Positions 9,608 through 19,459 of a DNA stretch of 64,000 bases are shown here, piece by piece; within the stretch, counting starts at the first letter, position 1; each line of letters opens with the position of its first letter. The DNA comes from Nitrosopumilaceae archaeon. Its GTDB lineage: Archaea; Thermoproteota; Nitrososphaeria; Nitrososphaerales; Nitrosopumilaceae. The position numbers and the translations under genes were made by a program. The stretch covers positions 48,590-112,589 of the forward strand of contig JBQTHX010000030.1 of NCBI GenBank assembly GCA_052389415.1. Direction: 5' to 3'. Below the pieces are notes generated by a model. It ran no database searches and was not told the origin of the DNA. It saw only the letters and a list, made by a program, of their open reading frames with translations.

Positions 9608-10808
9608 ATCTGTATCGCTGTGCAGCTTCTTCAAGGGATTGAATCATTGGAAGCTTTACTCCTGTCAAATATAACACCAGAGCTCCGCCTGCTGTGCTTA
9701 TGTGATGTATCTTTTCTGCAAGACCGTACCTTTTTAGTGCTGCAGTGAGATGTCCTCCACTAACAATTGTGGTTGCAAAAGAATCTGCCACTCCGCGAAG
9801 CAGACTCTCTGTTCCAAACTTAAAATTGTCATTTTCAAAAAATCCAGCAGGGCCACTGATAAAGACTGTCCCCGCACCGCGTATTGATTTCATATAGTGT
9901 TCTACTGTTTTTGGGCCAAGGTCTAGAATCCTGTCTCCTTTGGCAATATCCCTGACATCCATCTCTACTCTTTTCCCATTGCGTTCTATTGCAATATCAA
10001 CAGGTGTTGAAAAAACATCAGGATACTCACCAATAAGTAAATGGGCTTTTGTGACTACCTCTTCTTCTCTTTTGATGTCTAACGGGAATTTTATCCTGCC
10101 TTGTGCTCGCATGAATACGTTTGCAATAACACCCGTAAGTAGGACTTGATTTGCTCTACCACTTTGAATTAATGTCTTTATGGCCTCTAATCTGTCCATT
10201 ACTTTGGAGCCTCCTAGAACCACCACGTGAGGAGCTTTTGCCACAGTCATTATCTCATCAAGCTTACGTACTTCACGCTCTACCAATCTTCCAGCACATG
10301 ACGGTAAAACGTGTGAAAATCCTACTATAGACGGATGGGCTCTATGTGAACTTGGAAATGAATCTAATACACAAAGATCAAAAAGCTTGGAAAGTCTGCT
10401 TACCATGATAGTCTTTGATGCTTCCGCAGGCGTAAACTCATAATTTTCTTCAGCGCACAATCTCAGATTATCAAGCAAAAGTATCTCGCCATCCCTCAAA
10501 TTTTTTATTTTATTTTGAGCCTCAGAACCAATTACATCTTCTACATACTTTATGGGACGATCAAGAATCTTTTCTAGCACTTTTGCATGTTTTTCCATTC
10601 CTGTGTAGTCTTTGTTTCCAACTCTTCCCTGATGTGAAGCAATGACCACCTTTGAGCCTTTAAGATCTTTTAGAGATTCAGTTGATTCACGTATTCTACT
10701 CGTTTCAATTATTTCCATCGTCTTTGGATCTATGGGGCAATTCATGTCCACTCTGAGAAAAACAGTTTTTCCTTTAGTTTCAAAATCGTCAAGTGTGAGG
10801 AGTTTCAC
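9600..10808 (-). CDS. pgk: phosphoglycerate kinase
   Basis: FLRVDMNCP, SHQGR, LLDNLR, VLGGSK, LDLGPKT, HISTAGGA. Confidence 0.96.
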   Translation of the reverse strand: MKLLTLDDFETKGKTVFLRVDMNCPIDPKTMEIIETSRIRESTESLKDLKGSKVVIASHQGRVGNKDYTGMEKHAKVLEKILDRPIKYVEDVIGSEAQNKIKNLRDGEILLLDNLRLCAEENYEFTPAEASKTIMVSRLSKLFDLCVLDSFPSSHRAHPSIVGFSHVLPSCAGRLVEREVRKLDEIMTVAKAPHVVVLGGSKVMDRLEAIKTLIQSGRANQVLLTGVIANVFMRAQGRIKFPLDIKREEEVVTKAHLLIGEYPDVFSTPVDIAIERNGKRVEMDVRDIAKGDRILDLGPKTVEHYMKSIRGAGTVFISGPAGFFENDNFKFGTESLLRGVADSFATTIVSGGHLTAALKRYGLAEKIHHISTAGGALVLYLTGVKLPMIQSLEEAAQRYRSK

Positions 10809-11158
10809 GACGATCCTATCTTTTGGTATAGTTAAAATCTTTTAGTCCTGCATACGGATCAAATCTTTGTCTATTCAGTATCAACTGTTCAGTTTACGAT
10901 TCTTTCTTTTCATAGGTATTTCGTATGATTTCCTAAAGACAAATTTCCATTTTTTGAACCGTCTTTTTTTCAAACCATAAGGTTGACTCAGAATCTGTTA
11001 TCCTTAAAGATGCAATAATCTAGCGATTGAATTTTCCATGATGACAGTTATTGATAATTAATTCATTTTGTATTAACTGTGATATAATGTCATTTAATAT
11101 GGAGAAACCGTTTGATCAATTAAATACGGATATGGAAAAATGGCTATGGTGTAAGTAG

Positions 11159-11821
11159 ATGCAAAATTTGGCTTTTGATGTACATTCAAAGAATTTTCTG
11201 TTACTGATAATGTTATTTATCATAATTACTATCTTGGTTTTTACAAAAATTACGAAACCAATTGATGATGCCATAATAAATTACGCTCAATCAATTGGTG
11301 GAAACCTATCTTTGGATCTCTTTATGCAGTTCCTTACAGAAATAGGTAGTTTGTTCTACATGATTATTTTTAGCTTGGTGTTATTTATCAAAAAACGTAC
11401 TAGGAGAATAGGCCTGATACTGATCTTGTCAGTCTTGGCAGGAACTATTGTTTCTGCATACATAAAAGAATCTGTTGGTCAAGAGAGACCAAACCTAGAT
11501 TTTAAAGGAATTCCATTTCCCATACCACTTGAAAAAGACACATTCTCTTTTTTTGGGGCTGATACAAACTCCTTTCCATCAGGTCACGCTACGAGAACAT
11601 CCGCATTTGCATTAGTAATTGGATTTGCATTATCCAAAAGATTTCCAAATGGCTGCTATCTCTTATTCTTATATCCATGTCTAGTGTCTATAAGTAGAGT
11701 TTATGTTTTGCAACATTACCCCTCAGATGTTATAGGCGGTATGATCCTTGGCATTTTGGTTTCTGGACTAATATCAAAAAAACTCAAATTGCATCTTATA
11801 TTTGAAAAATCAATAACCTAA
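11159..11821 (+). CDS. PAP2-family membrane phosphatase
   Basis: K-x6-RP (IKESVGQERP), SFPSGH, SRVYVLQHYPSDV; several TM segments. Confidence 0.92.
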   Translation: MQNLAFDVHSKNFLLLIMLFIIITILVFTKITKPIDDAIINYAQSIGGNLSLDLFMQFLTEIGSLFYMIIFSLVLFIKKRTRRIGLILILSVLAGTIVSAYIKESVGQERPNLDFKGIPFPIPLEKDTFSFFGADTNSFPSGHATRTSAFALVIGFALSKRFPNGCYLLFLYPCLVSISRVYVLQHYPSDVIGGMILGILVSGLISKKLKLHLIFEKSIT

Positions 11822-12121
11822 TTCATGCAAAGCTTTGGAACTTATCAAAATCATGGCAAAATGAGATTTGTCATGATGAAGTATCCAATACCTCACATCT
11901 CGTTCTTGTTTGGTTTTACGTAATCCAAAATTAATCTCATTAATGATCAAAAATCCAATTTTTTTTGCTTGTTCTTTTTCGTTTGTCATCAGTACTTTAA
12001 TTGCACTTTGATGATCTGAAAATCCTAGTTTGATCATTTCTGAAACAGCGTCAGATACCTGTGATTCATTATCGATCTCAAAAGTTTTTAGTATGGGCAG
12101 TTGAGATGGATGAAAATCCAT
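11810..12121 (-). CDS. hypothetical protein
   Basis: 103-aa ORF with ATG start and protein-like composition, convergent with PAP2; no recognised motif. Confidence 0.65.
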   Translation of the reverse strand: MDFHPSQLPILKTFEIDNESQVSDAVSEMIKLGFSDHQSAIKVLMTNEKEQAKKIGFLIINEINFGLRKTKQERDVRYWILHHDKSHFAMILISSKALHELGY

Positions 12122-12280
12122 GTTTCTCCCTTTACATTACCAAATAAAATCTACTAGCTTGAAAGAATAGGTAGTTGAAATTTTATAAAAAATCATCAAA
12201 TATGTGAAAAATATTAACTTTTATGTCAATTCCTAATCATAGCAAAAACTTAATCGAGTACAAAATCTGTTTATGGATAT

Positions 12281-13075
12281 ATGGCATCTCTCTCAAATCT
12301 TGTAAAATCATACAAGAATAAGAAAATAGAGGCAACAAAGAGCAGACGACGAAGTGAAAATCAACTTGATTCTACTCTTTCATTAAAACGCAAATCTTCT
12401 TCAGGGCTTTCCTCGCTTGAAAAGAAAAAAGAGTCATCTCTTAGAAAGAAAGAAGAAATTTCTTTGCTTCTGAATCAGTACACAGCACAGAGAGATAGCG
12501 TTCAAAGATTAAAAACCGCCGCTCAAAGCAAACTTGAACAAGCGGAAGAAGAAAAAGAGCGGATCGCACAAGAAATAGAATTTAGCTCTCCAGATGGAAA
12601 AGGACAAAATGCTGAGAAAATTAGAGCAATAAATCAAAAGGTTGAAGATTTACATTCAGAGATAAAACAGAGGAATGCAGCAGAAGATAGACTGCAAAAA
12701 CAAATTGAGGATTTAACAAAATCACGGACAAAAATTGATTTACAAATAAGAACCCATACACAAACAAAACCTCTGCTTTTAGAACAGTTCAAATCTAGTA
12801 CCAAGGCAGAGGAAATGTTACGTTCTCAAGTAAAATCTAAAATGAGGCGTGAAGAACAAGCAAAACGTAATTTAATTAAACTTGCACAAAAGATTGAGAT
12901 TTTACGTGCTAAAAAGAGAAAAGCAAAAAGAAAGAAGAAAAAAATAAAAACACGCTCAAAGTTAAAGAGGAAAGTAAAAACAAGGACAAGAAAAGTAAAA
13001 AAACACAAATCACGAATACGACCTAAAACGAAAAAAAGAAAAATAAAAAGGAAAATCAAAAAGTCTAGGCGATAA
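12281..13075 (+). CDS. long coiled-coil protein with extremely basic C-terminal tail
   Basis: Heptad-rich K/E/Q/L body; the last 56 aa contain 38 K/R and no D/E. Confidence 0.8.
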   Translation: MASLSNLVKSYKNKKIEATKSRRRSENQLDSTLSLKRKSSSGLSSLEKKKESSLRKKEEISLLLNQYTAQRDSVQRLKTAAQSKLEQAEEEKERIAQEIEFSSPDGKGQNAEKIRAINQKVEDLHSEIKQRNAAEDRLQKQIEDLTKSRTKIDLQIRTHTQTKPLLLEQFKSSTKAEEMLRSQVKSKMRREEQAKRNLIKLAQKIEILRAKKRKAKRKKKKIKTRSKLKRKVKTRTRKVKKHKSRIRPKTKKRKIKRKIKKSRR

Positions 13076-13118
13076 AATCCACGCTTCATTAATATGGTAT
13101 GGGTTTCTGTAGAAATTC

Positions 13119-13895
13119 ATGTCGTCTCAATCAAAAATTTTTGTAGAAGTTTCTGAAATGCCCAAGTTAAAAAACCCCAATCTTATTTGTGGGCTGCCAG
13201 GAAGTGGTTATGTGGGAAAGATTGCAGTCGATTATTTGATTGACGAACTTAAAGGCGTAAAATTTGCAAACATTTTTTCATCATCATTTCCACCTCAAGT
13301 TTCTATACGAGATGATGGCACGATAGATTTAATGAAAAATACATTATATTATTGTAAGAATGTCCCAGATGACATAATATTACTGACTGGAGATGCACAA
13401 CCAGTTACTCCTGAAAGTGAATATGCAATGGCAGAGGAGATAATAGGAATATGCGAAAAACTGGGAGTAAAAAACATCTATACTCTGGCAGCTTTTATCA
13501 CCGGCACTTTCTCCAAAAATCCTAAAGTCTATGGAACTAGCACATCGTTGCAAATAGTAAAGGGCTTCACAAAACAGGGAATTGTTTCTATGAGCGGAGG
13601 AACAGTCACTGGAATGAATGGATTGGTGATTGGTGCTGGCAAAACTAGAGGAATCACCGGGATTTGTTTGCTTGGAGAAACCTCTGGATATGTTGTTGAT
13701 GCAAAAGCCTCACATGCCATTCTCGAAATTCTTTCAAAAATTTTGGGGCTAAAATTAGATATGAGCACTATTATCAAAAGAGCACAAGATACGGATCGAT
13801 TAATAAAAACTGTTGAAGAACAAATGGGGCAGCGGCAATCAACAGAACAATTGCCAATGCCTCCTCAAGATAAAAAACTTGATTATATTAGCTAA
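13119..13895 (+). CDS. PAC2-family proteasome assembly chaperone
   Basis: LICGLPGSGYVGKIAVDYL, LLTGDAQP, CLLGETSGY..D, C-terminal DYIS. Confidence 0.88.
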   Translation: MSSQSKIFVEVSEMPKLKNPNLICGLPGSGYVGKIAVDYLIDELKGVKFANIFSSSFPPQVSIRDDGTIDLMKNTLYYCKNVPDDIILLTGDAQPVTPESEYAMAEEIIGICEKLGVKNIYTLAAFITGTFSKNPKVYGTSTSLQIVKGFTKQGIVSMSGGTVTGMNGLVIGAGKTRGITGICLLGETSGYVVDAKASHAILEILSKILGLKLDMSTIIKRAQDTDRLIKTVEEQMGQRQSTEQLPMPPQDKKLDYIS

Positions 13896-13911
13896 AAGAA
13901 TGGTGTAGAGT

Positions 13912-14211
13912 TTAAAATTCGATTACATTCAATTTGCCATACTTTCCAACATTCAGAGAATTTTCTCCTCTAAAGCTTGTAATGTATCCATTTTCTACTC
14001 TTATTTTGGAACCTGGTTTAACCATCTTGATCTGAGCATCCCATAAAGTAAGTTTTATCTGACCAGTGTTATCTTTTAGGATTGCATCAGCTACTTGGGC
14101 CTGCCCACCAGATTTTAGATTTACAGTTCTTGGCTCACTGATACTCTCAATGACGCCTTCTACTGGTTCAAGTCTATTCTGTGGTTTATTGAGTTGGCTT
14201 ATGTCTGTCAT
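13912..14211 (-). CDS. single OB-fold ssDNA-binding protein (SSB/RPA-like)
   Basis: VADAILKDNTGQIKLTLWD, IRVENGYITSFRGENSLNVGKYG. Confidence 0.9.
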   Translation of the reverse strand: MTDISQLNKPQNRLEPVEGVIESISEPRTVNLKSGGQAQVADAILKDNTGQIKLTLWDAQIKMVKPGSKIRVENGYITSFRGENSLNVGKYGKLNVIEF

Positions 14212-14247
14212 CAGCCAATTTTTTCATACTCAAATAATAAGTGTTTT

Positions 14248-14268
14248 GATATAAACTTCTGATCAGAA
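14248..14268 (-). promoter_or_regulatory. SSB promoter: TATA box with adjacent perfect 12-bp palindrome TTCTGATCAGAA
   Basis: Minus strand reads TTCTGATCAGAA-G-TTTATATC; palindrome 14257-14268, TATA 14248-14255. Confidence 0.45.
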
Positions 14269-14464
14269 CTCGGGGTTTAATCAGTTCAAGTGGCTCTGAA
14301 TTTATTATCATTCACAATATAAAATGTCATTGGTAATGAATGAACAACTAATTTCATAAATTACATCTTTGTTGCTAATTTAATCAAATTTTCAATCTTA
14401 TTCTTTCCTAAATCTACTTCTGTTAAGGAGTCAGAGGTTGATATAAAGATCTGTTAGACAAAAA

Positions 14465-16594
14465 TCAATTAACTGCTAGTGCGAAAGTAGTCTCTACGGT
14501 CTTTTTATCATCTATCACTTTGATTGTATATGTTCCAGGACTCAGATCAGTTGGTATTCTCCAAATAGTACCATATGTTCCAATTCCAGTAGCTACTATG
14601 CTCAATTCATCAATCTCTATAGTGTCTTTTAAAATCTTAATTATTATTGTATGAGAGACACTAACTCCGTCTCCGCTGATTTGTATTATCTCGTCAGTCT
14701 TGTAATTAGTTTTATCCAAATAAACTGAAATTGTTCCGGCTACACTTTGTGTTACCTTTAGATCCTTGCTAACGTGGTTTATGCCACTGCCGGCCTCGAT
14801 CTTCCAAATTCCAGTCTGAGCATTAGTTGGAATTCTAAAAGCTGATGATGAATAGATCCCCTTTTTATCAGTAAATATCTCCTGAGTTTTTACCTTTGTG
14901 CCTTTTGGATCTAGTAAACTTAGGGTAATTATGACATTCGGATTAGAATCACCAATTATTAAAATCGGGTCCCCTGGATGATAGGATTCTTGTAAAGTTC
15001 TAAGATTGACCTTTCCTGTACTGGTTTGTAAACCAACTGAGAATTTATTTTCAGCCTGTACGTTTCCTCTGCTAACAACAGCAGTATAAATTCCTGAAGT
15101 ATAACCAGTAAGATTGAAACTGTACATGTGATAACCATCATCTCCCAATGAAAAACTATCGGAAAATTTTGTCTTGTCTGCCGGATCAATAACGATCAAA
15201 TTTATAGTTGCAGAAGGAGGTCCTATGATGTTGATTTTTGGTTGCTGTGAAGTTTTGTAATTCATTGCATCCATGGTTGCAATTAATGGCTGGGATGGCA
15301 ACTGACCTACACCAAACAAGACAGTTGCAAGTTCGCCTTGCTGGGTTGCAAACAAAACGTATGTTCCCTCCCGTATTCCTGGGTCTAGGGGGTAACTAAA
15401 ATTCAATGTGCCATTAGCTCCTACCATTTTATTTTCAGAAAAGATTTCCATGCCTACTGGATTTCGTAGAACAAATTCAATTTCTTTATCTGCTAACGCA
15501 GTACCATTAATCAGTACAGTTTCTCCAGGATTGTATTTCTCCTTTATTGATGCTAAATTGATTTTTTGAGTTGTTTCTAAAACAACTGTTCGAACAACTG
15601 TGTCTTTTCCATCTGTAATGGTTATAGTATATTCGCCAAACTCTGCATCAGATGCAATTCGATATGGTAAGGAATAGTTTCCAGCACCATCAGCTTTGAC
15701 TGTCTTTGCGGTCAGAACCTGACCTGTCGAATCAGATAAAGAAACAGTCAAAGTGCTACTTGAAGCAGCGGTGCCTGAAATAAGTACTTCATCACCCCTA
15801 TGTACTGTAGAGGCAACATTTGCTGTTAATTCCGCATCTTCTGATGGCCTAATTGATTCGCCTTGTATTCTCAAACTCATTGATTTCTGGCTACCACTTT
15901 TATCTTTGATTATGAAATCTGCTCTGTCAGCTGGCTGATTCAGGGGAATCTCAGTGCTTACAATAAAACTTCCTTTTTCATCGCTTGAAAAAGATTCTAT
16001 TTTAAGATCATTTATGTAAAAGTCAAGATCTGTTTTTGGTGGAAAATTTTCTCCAATTATTCGCAAATTAGAACCCGCACGTGGAGTATCAGGAATTATC
16101 TTAAAGGTAGCAAGATCTGATATCTTTCCCTCTGCTATTGATGGAGTAGTTTGTTCTGGCAATTCGACTTGTGACGACGTCAAGATTCTTCCCCCAGAGC
16201 CTATTTCGTCACCATCTGAATCTAATGCAGACCAACTAAAAGCTGGTGTTGATTTGTCTGTTTTTATTCCAAATTTCACACTTTGTCCAGGTTTGACTGG
16301 ATTTGTAGAAGTAAAAGTAATTGTACTCGAATCTGTTTTTTTACCAAGCCATCCTTTCTCTGTTTTAAAGGACTTGAAGGTTCCTCCATCATCAACTTTC
16401 AAAACTACCGAGGTGATATCAAAAATATTTTCTTGATTGTTTTTGTATTCTACAACTGTCACTTGATCGTGATTAGTAGCCGTTACAGTTACAAGCTCAC
16501 CTTCTGCGTTAATCTGTGGGGTTACATAAGTAAATAGCGAAGCAGAAACAAGCAATATTGCGATAATCAAACCTCTAACGAGTCTATCGTTCAA
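14465..16594 (-). CDS. large secreted/surface protein with tandem Ig-like domains
   Basis: Signal peptide (RLVRGLIIAILLVSASLFTYVTPQINA); repeated Y..GE.V.I.G / P.G / G.Y.I beta-sandwich units; start placed at TTG 16594 (ORF track opens at 16645). Confidence 0.8.
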   Translation of the reverse strand: MNDRLVRGLIIAILLVSASLFTYVTPQINAEGELVTVTATNHDQVTVVEYKNNQENIFDITSVVLKVDDGGTFKSFKTEKGWLGKKTDSSTITFTSTNPVKPGQSVKFGIKTDKSTPAFSWSALDSDGDEIGSGGRILTSSQVELPEQTTPSIAEGKISDLATFKIIPDTPRAGSNLRIIGENFPPKTDLDFYINDLKIESFSSDEKGSFIVSTEIPLNQPADRADFIIKDKSGSQKSMSLRIQGESIRPSEDAELTANVASTVHRGDEVLISGTAASSSTLTVSLSDSTGQVLTAKTVKADGAGNYSLPYRIASDAEFGEYTITITDGKDTVVRTVVLETTQKINLASIKEKYNPGETVLINGTALADKEIEFVLRNPVGMEIFSENKMVGANGTLNFSYPLDPGIREGTYVLFATQQGELATVLFGVGQLPSQPLIATMDAMNYKTSQQPKINIIGPPSATINLIVIDPADKTKFSDSFSLGDDGYHMYSFNLTGYTSGIYTAVVSRGNVQAENKFSVGLQTSTGKVNLRTLQESYHPGDPILIIGDSNPNVIITLSLLDPKGTKVKTQEIFTDKKGIYSSSAFRIPTNAQTGIWKIEAGSGINHVSKDLKVTQSVAGTISVYLDKTNYKTDEIIQISGDGVSVSHTIIIKILKDTIEIDELSIVATGIGTYGTIWRIPTDLSPGTYTIKVIDDKKTVETTFALAVN

Positions 16595-16685
16595 CAACAA
16601 AACAAAACTGTTCTCCAAATTAAATCTTGAGTATCTTTGATACAAATTTTCAATTTTTCTATTTTTGAATAGTATGAATCGTGAG

Positions 16686-16709
16686 TAAAGTACTAATTCT
16701 AGTACTTTA
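16686..16709. repeat. perfect 10-bp inverted repeat TAAAGTACTA-attc-TAGTACTTTA
   Basis: Read directly; lies between the OLD-like gene stop and the surface-protein promoter. Confidence 0.6.
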
Positions 16710-16720
16710 GAAAATCAGAT

Positions 16721-18802
16721 TTATTTTAAACTGTTAAGAGTCGTCTCAGATACGATATTCTGATTCTGTCTAATTCTTTCTGCAATTAACCTGAATATCA
16801 TTCTGAACTGATCCTTTGTTTTGTCTGAGATAAAATCTGCTTCTCCTAATGCAATTTTTTGTGATATGTATCTGCAAATTTCTTCTGGTTCAAATTTCTC
16901 CCAACCCAAGTGTTGGTTTTCTTTCCAAATTTCATTAAGACTGTCTACGATGCTCTTCCTACCTTTTGCAGTAATATCATTAGGAGTTAGATTCTGGTAC
17001 CCTTCCTTTCTTAGCTTAATCTCATATGTTTGGTTTACAGCATAGAGATAATCCTCGATAGCGACAAAATCTTCTATTGTTTGTTTTGGTTGTCCTCCTA
17101 ACTCGAAAAATATTATCTGAACTGATTTGAAGCTATTTGCTTGAAGCTGCGTTGAAATTTGTCGCGATAAATCGGAATTTCCCAAAAGTACAAACGTATT
17201 GTAACCATGATTTCTATAAAATATTGAAAGTGGCAATACGGAATTCTTGTTATATGCAGGAACAATATTAAGTGGGTTCATCGAGAGATTGGGATCTTTT
17301 AGGAATTTGTCAAATGCATTTAGATATATTGAATCAACCATCGTTTCAACAATGATGACTGGCCTTGAATTGACACCAATCTCTCTATCAGGAATTGATT
17401 CAACTAGACCTCTAGAAAGACCATACAAGACAGGTACTAGAGTAGAATCATCTGCATTCCAGTAATCGTAATAAATATGACTCAGATGCTTTCTCTTATC
17501 CAACTCTACAACAAGCAGGTTCCCTGGAGTGTAGTCAAAAATCATGAATGGAGAATGTGTTGCATATAGAATTTGGTTAGAACCAGCTAGGCCTTTTAAT
17601 AAATCTGAAATTCCGCGTTGTTGCGTTGGATGTAAGTTTCGTGCAGGTTCGTCCAAAAGTAATATTGCTTCTTTTAATTCAGATCTCTGGGTTTCAGCTG
17701 CAAAGTTCACAATAAACGAAAATGTCCACTTAAATCCCTCAGCTCTTCGATTCAAAAGACCAGTATTTGTAATTGTGCCGTCTCTATGGACATCAGAGAT
17801 TACTACACTGAGGATGTTTGATGGATTGTATCTCAATTCTACATGGATTGGATCACCTTTCCATGCAGGATTGAGTCTATCAGTTAATTTCCTACTTGCT
17901 GTGTGCAGAAGTTTTATCAGTCTTGAGGGGCTTGTATGTACCTCCTCAAGTTTGTCAGTATCTAACTCTGCCAAGTAAAATAGATTCTTGACGGTTTCGG
18001 CCTTGTCAAACTCTTCAATATACTCTAATCCTTTTGGTCTAATTCCTTTAGATTCTTTCAAAAATTCGTCAAGGTCAATGTTTCCTAAAATTTTCTTATA
18101 GTCGGAAAAATAGACAAATCTGGGATGCAACTTTTCTTCCACAAAATTTTCAAGTGCTGAACGTTCGCTAGTACCGATAAGTAGACTGTCATACGTCCGA
18201 TCAAGATTTTGGTGTATCTTCTCCCAGTCGGAAATTACTTGTTTTTCATGTGATGCAATCAAGTAAATTTGATTGTTAAATTCAGCCATCATGTTGTTAA
18301 AAACATCCCTAGTTCGCGGGGCGCTTCCTTCTAGAAACTTTGTATCTAATTTTATGCGTAAGGAATGTGGGATTGAGGATACAAAACCCTGAATCTTTTC
18401 TACAAAATTCTCCCACGAATTAATTCTCTTGTTTGTCTCTTCGCTTATCTTTACATCTCCAAAATCATATTGTACTTTAGGATGTCTTTGTGTTCTATAC
18501 AATCTGATTTTTTTGATATTGTCTATATCAGGAAATCTTTCCTGAATCAATCTTATCTCTTTTTCACCAAGGTCAAACTCTCCTTCAACTATTGTTGTTT
18601 CAGATTTTAATTCCTCTGACATTTCGTCACATAAATCAAGTTCAGATAGTTTGTTATCTTTGTTAAGCAAAGTAAGAGCTTCAAGTATCGTAGTTTTTCC
18701 ACTTTCATTTCTTCCAATAAATGACGCTAGGTCTCCCACCTTGATCTCACCAGAATCATGAATGCATCTAAAAGCTCGAACTCTAAACTTTCTAAGTCGC
18801 AT
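16721..18802 (-). CDS. OLD-family ABC-ATPase fused to a TOPRIM-like domain (degenerate nuclease motifs)
   Basis: FRCI, Walker A GRNESGKT, signature AEGFKW, Walker B LLLDEP..LHP, switch ATHSP; TOPRIM-like IIVETMVD...TIED. Confidence 0.85.
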   Translation of the reverse strand: MRLRKFRVRAFRCIHDSGEIKVGDLASFIGRNESGKTTILEALTLLNKDNKLSELDLCDEMSEELKSETTIVEGEFDLGEKEIRLIQERFPDIDNIKKIRLYRTQRHPKVQYDFGDVKISEETNKRINSWENFVEKIQGFVSSIPHSLRIKLDTKFLEGSAPRTRDVFNNMMAEFNNQIYLIASHEKQVISDWEKIHQNLDRTYDSLLIGTSERSALENFVEEKLHPRFVYFSDYKKILGNIDLDEFLKESKGIRPKGLEYIEEFDKAETVKNLFYLAELDTDKLEEVHTSPSRLIKLLHTASRKLTDRLNPAWKGDPIHVELRYNPSNILSVVISDVHRDGTITNTGLLNRRAEGFKWTFSFIVNFAAETQRSELKEAILLLDEPARNLHPTQQRGISDLLKGLAGSNQILYATHSPFMIFDYTPGNLLVVELDKRKHLSHIYYDYWNADDSTLVPVLYGLSRGLVESIPDREIGVNSRPVIIVETMVDSIYLNAFDKFLKDPNLSMNPLNIVPAYNKNSVLPLSIFYRNHGYNTFVLLGNSDLSRQISTQLQANSFKSVQIIFFELGGQPKQTIEDFVAIEDYLYAVNQTYEIKLRKEGYQNLTPNDITAKGRKSIVDSLNEIWKENQHLGWEKFEPEEICRYISQKIALGEADFISDKTKDQFRMIFRLIAERIRQNQNIVSETTLNSLK

Positions 18803-18915
18803 CTAGCGGGCTATTTGGCTGTCCTCGATTTAACTTATTCGACAAAATCATCTGCAAAGATTTCATGTTTATTCCACTAAATAGATATAAAGGAATGAGA
18901 TTGTTACATAACAAA

Positions 18916-19395
18916 ATGACAGTGCAAAACTCAGCTTTGCTTGTTTTTCTTTTTCCAGTTGTCATGGGAATAGCGTTTGGCACATTTGTTTTGTCCGGAG
19001 TTTTAACACAACCTGATAGAGAGTTAAACATGTGGCCATTTGAAAATTTCTCCTTACCAACGGCACCAGTTGTAGAAGATCTAAAGATTCAGGGTTTGCT
19101 AAGTCAATACTCTATCTCTGCTCCAATAGAAATTAAGGTCATAGTCAATAATTCTGATTTTGAATGCGGAGATCTGTATATTACAATTTATGATATAGCA
19201 ACATCTCAAAAGGAAGTGGTAGCGCAAAATGGCTTCTTTTCACAGTGTTTCTCAACTAACAAGTTAGCCCTTCCTATAGATGATACATTTTCTGAGAAAA
19301 TTGACAAAGCAGGAGAATATGAATTGGTAGTAGAGATGAACGATAGTACCTACACAAAAACTGTCACAACAACAGCAAAGTTCAGAGTCCAATAA
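18916..19395 (+). CDS. membrane-anchored hypothetical protein with an Ig-like extracellular domain
   Basis: N-terminal hydrophobic helix, then a beta-rich domain with two Cys and GEYELVV; ATG 18916 is about 25 nt after TATA-like ATATAAAG. Confidence 0.7.
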   Translation: MTVQNSALLVFLFPVVMGIAFGTFVLSGVLTQPDRELNMWPFENFSLPTAPVVEDLKIQGLLSQYSISAPIEIKVIVNNSDFECGDLYITIYDIATSQKEVVAQNGFFSQCFSTNKLALPIDDTFSEKIDKAGEYELVVEMNDSTYTKTVTTTAKFRVQ

Positions 19396-19459
19396 ATCAA
19401 ATGCTATGTTATATATTACTTTGAAAGCATATTCTGAGATCGGTTCTTAAGAGATAGTT

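Noticed and set aside
16721-18802. Gabija, retron or other OLD-based defence system
   Set aside because: No partner helicase, reverse transcriptase or defence-island neighbours
18901-18914. TTGTTA-ca-TAACAA before ATG 18916, and similar short repeats at 40143-40167 and 43669-43687
   Set aside because: Short, AT-rich or imperfect arms expected by chance in this base composition
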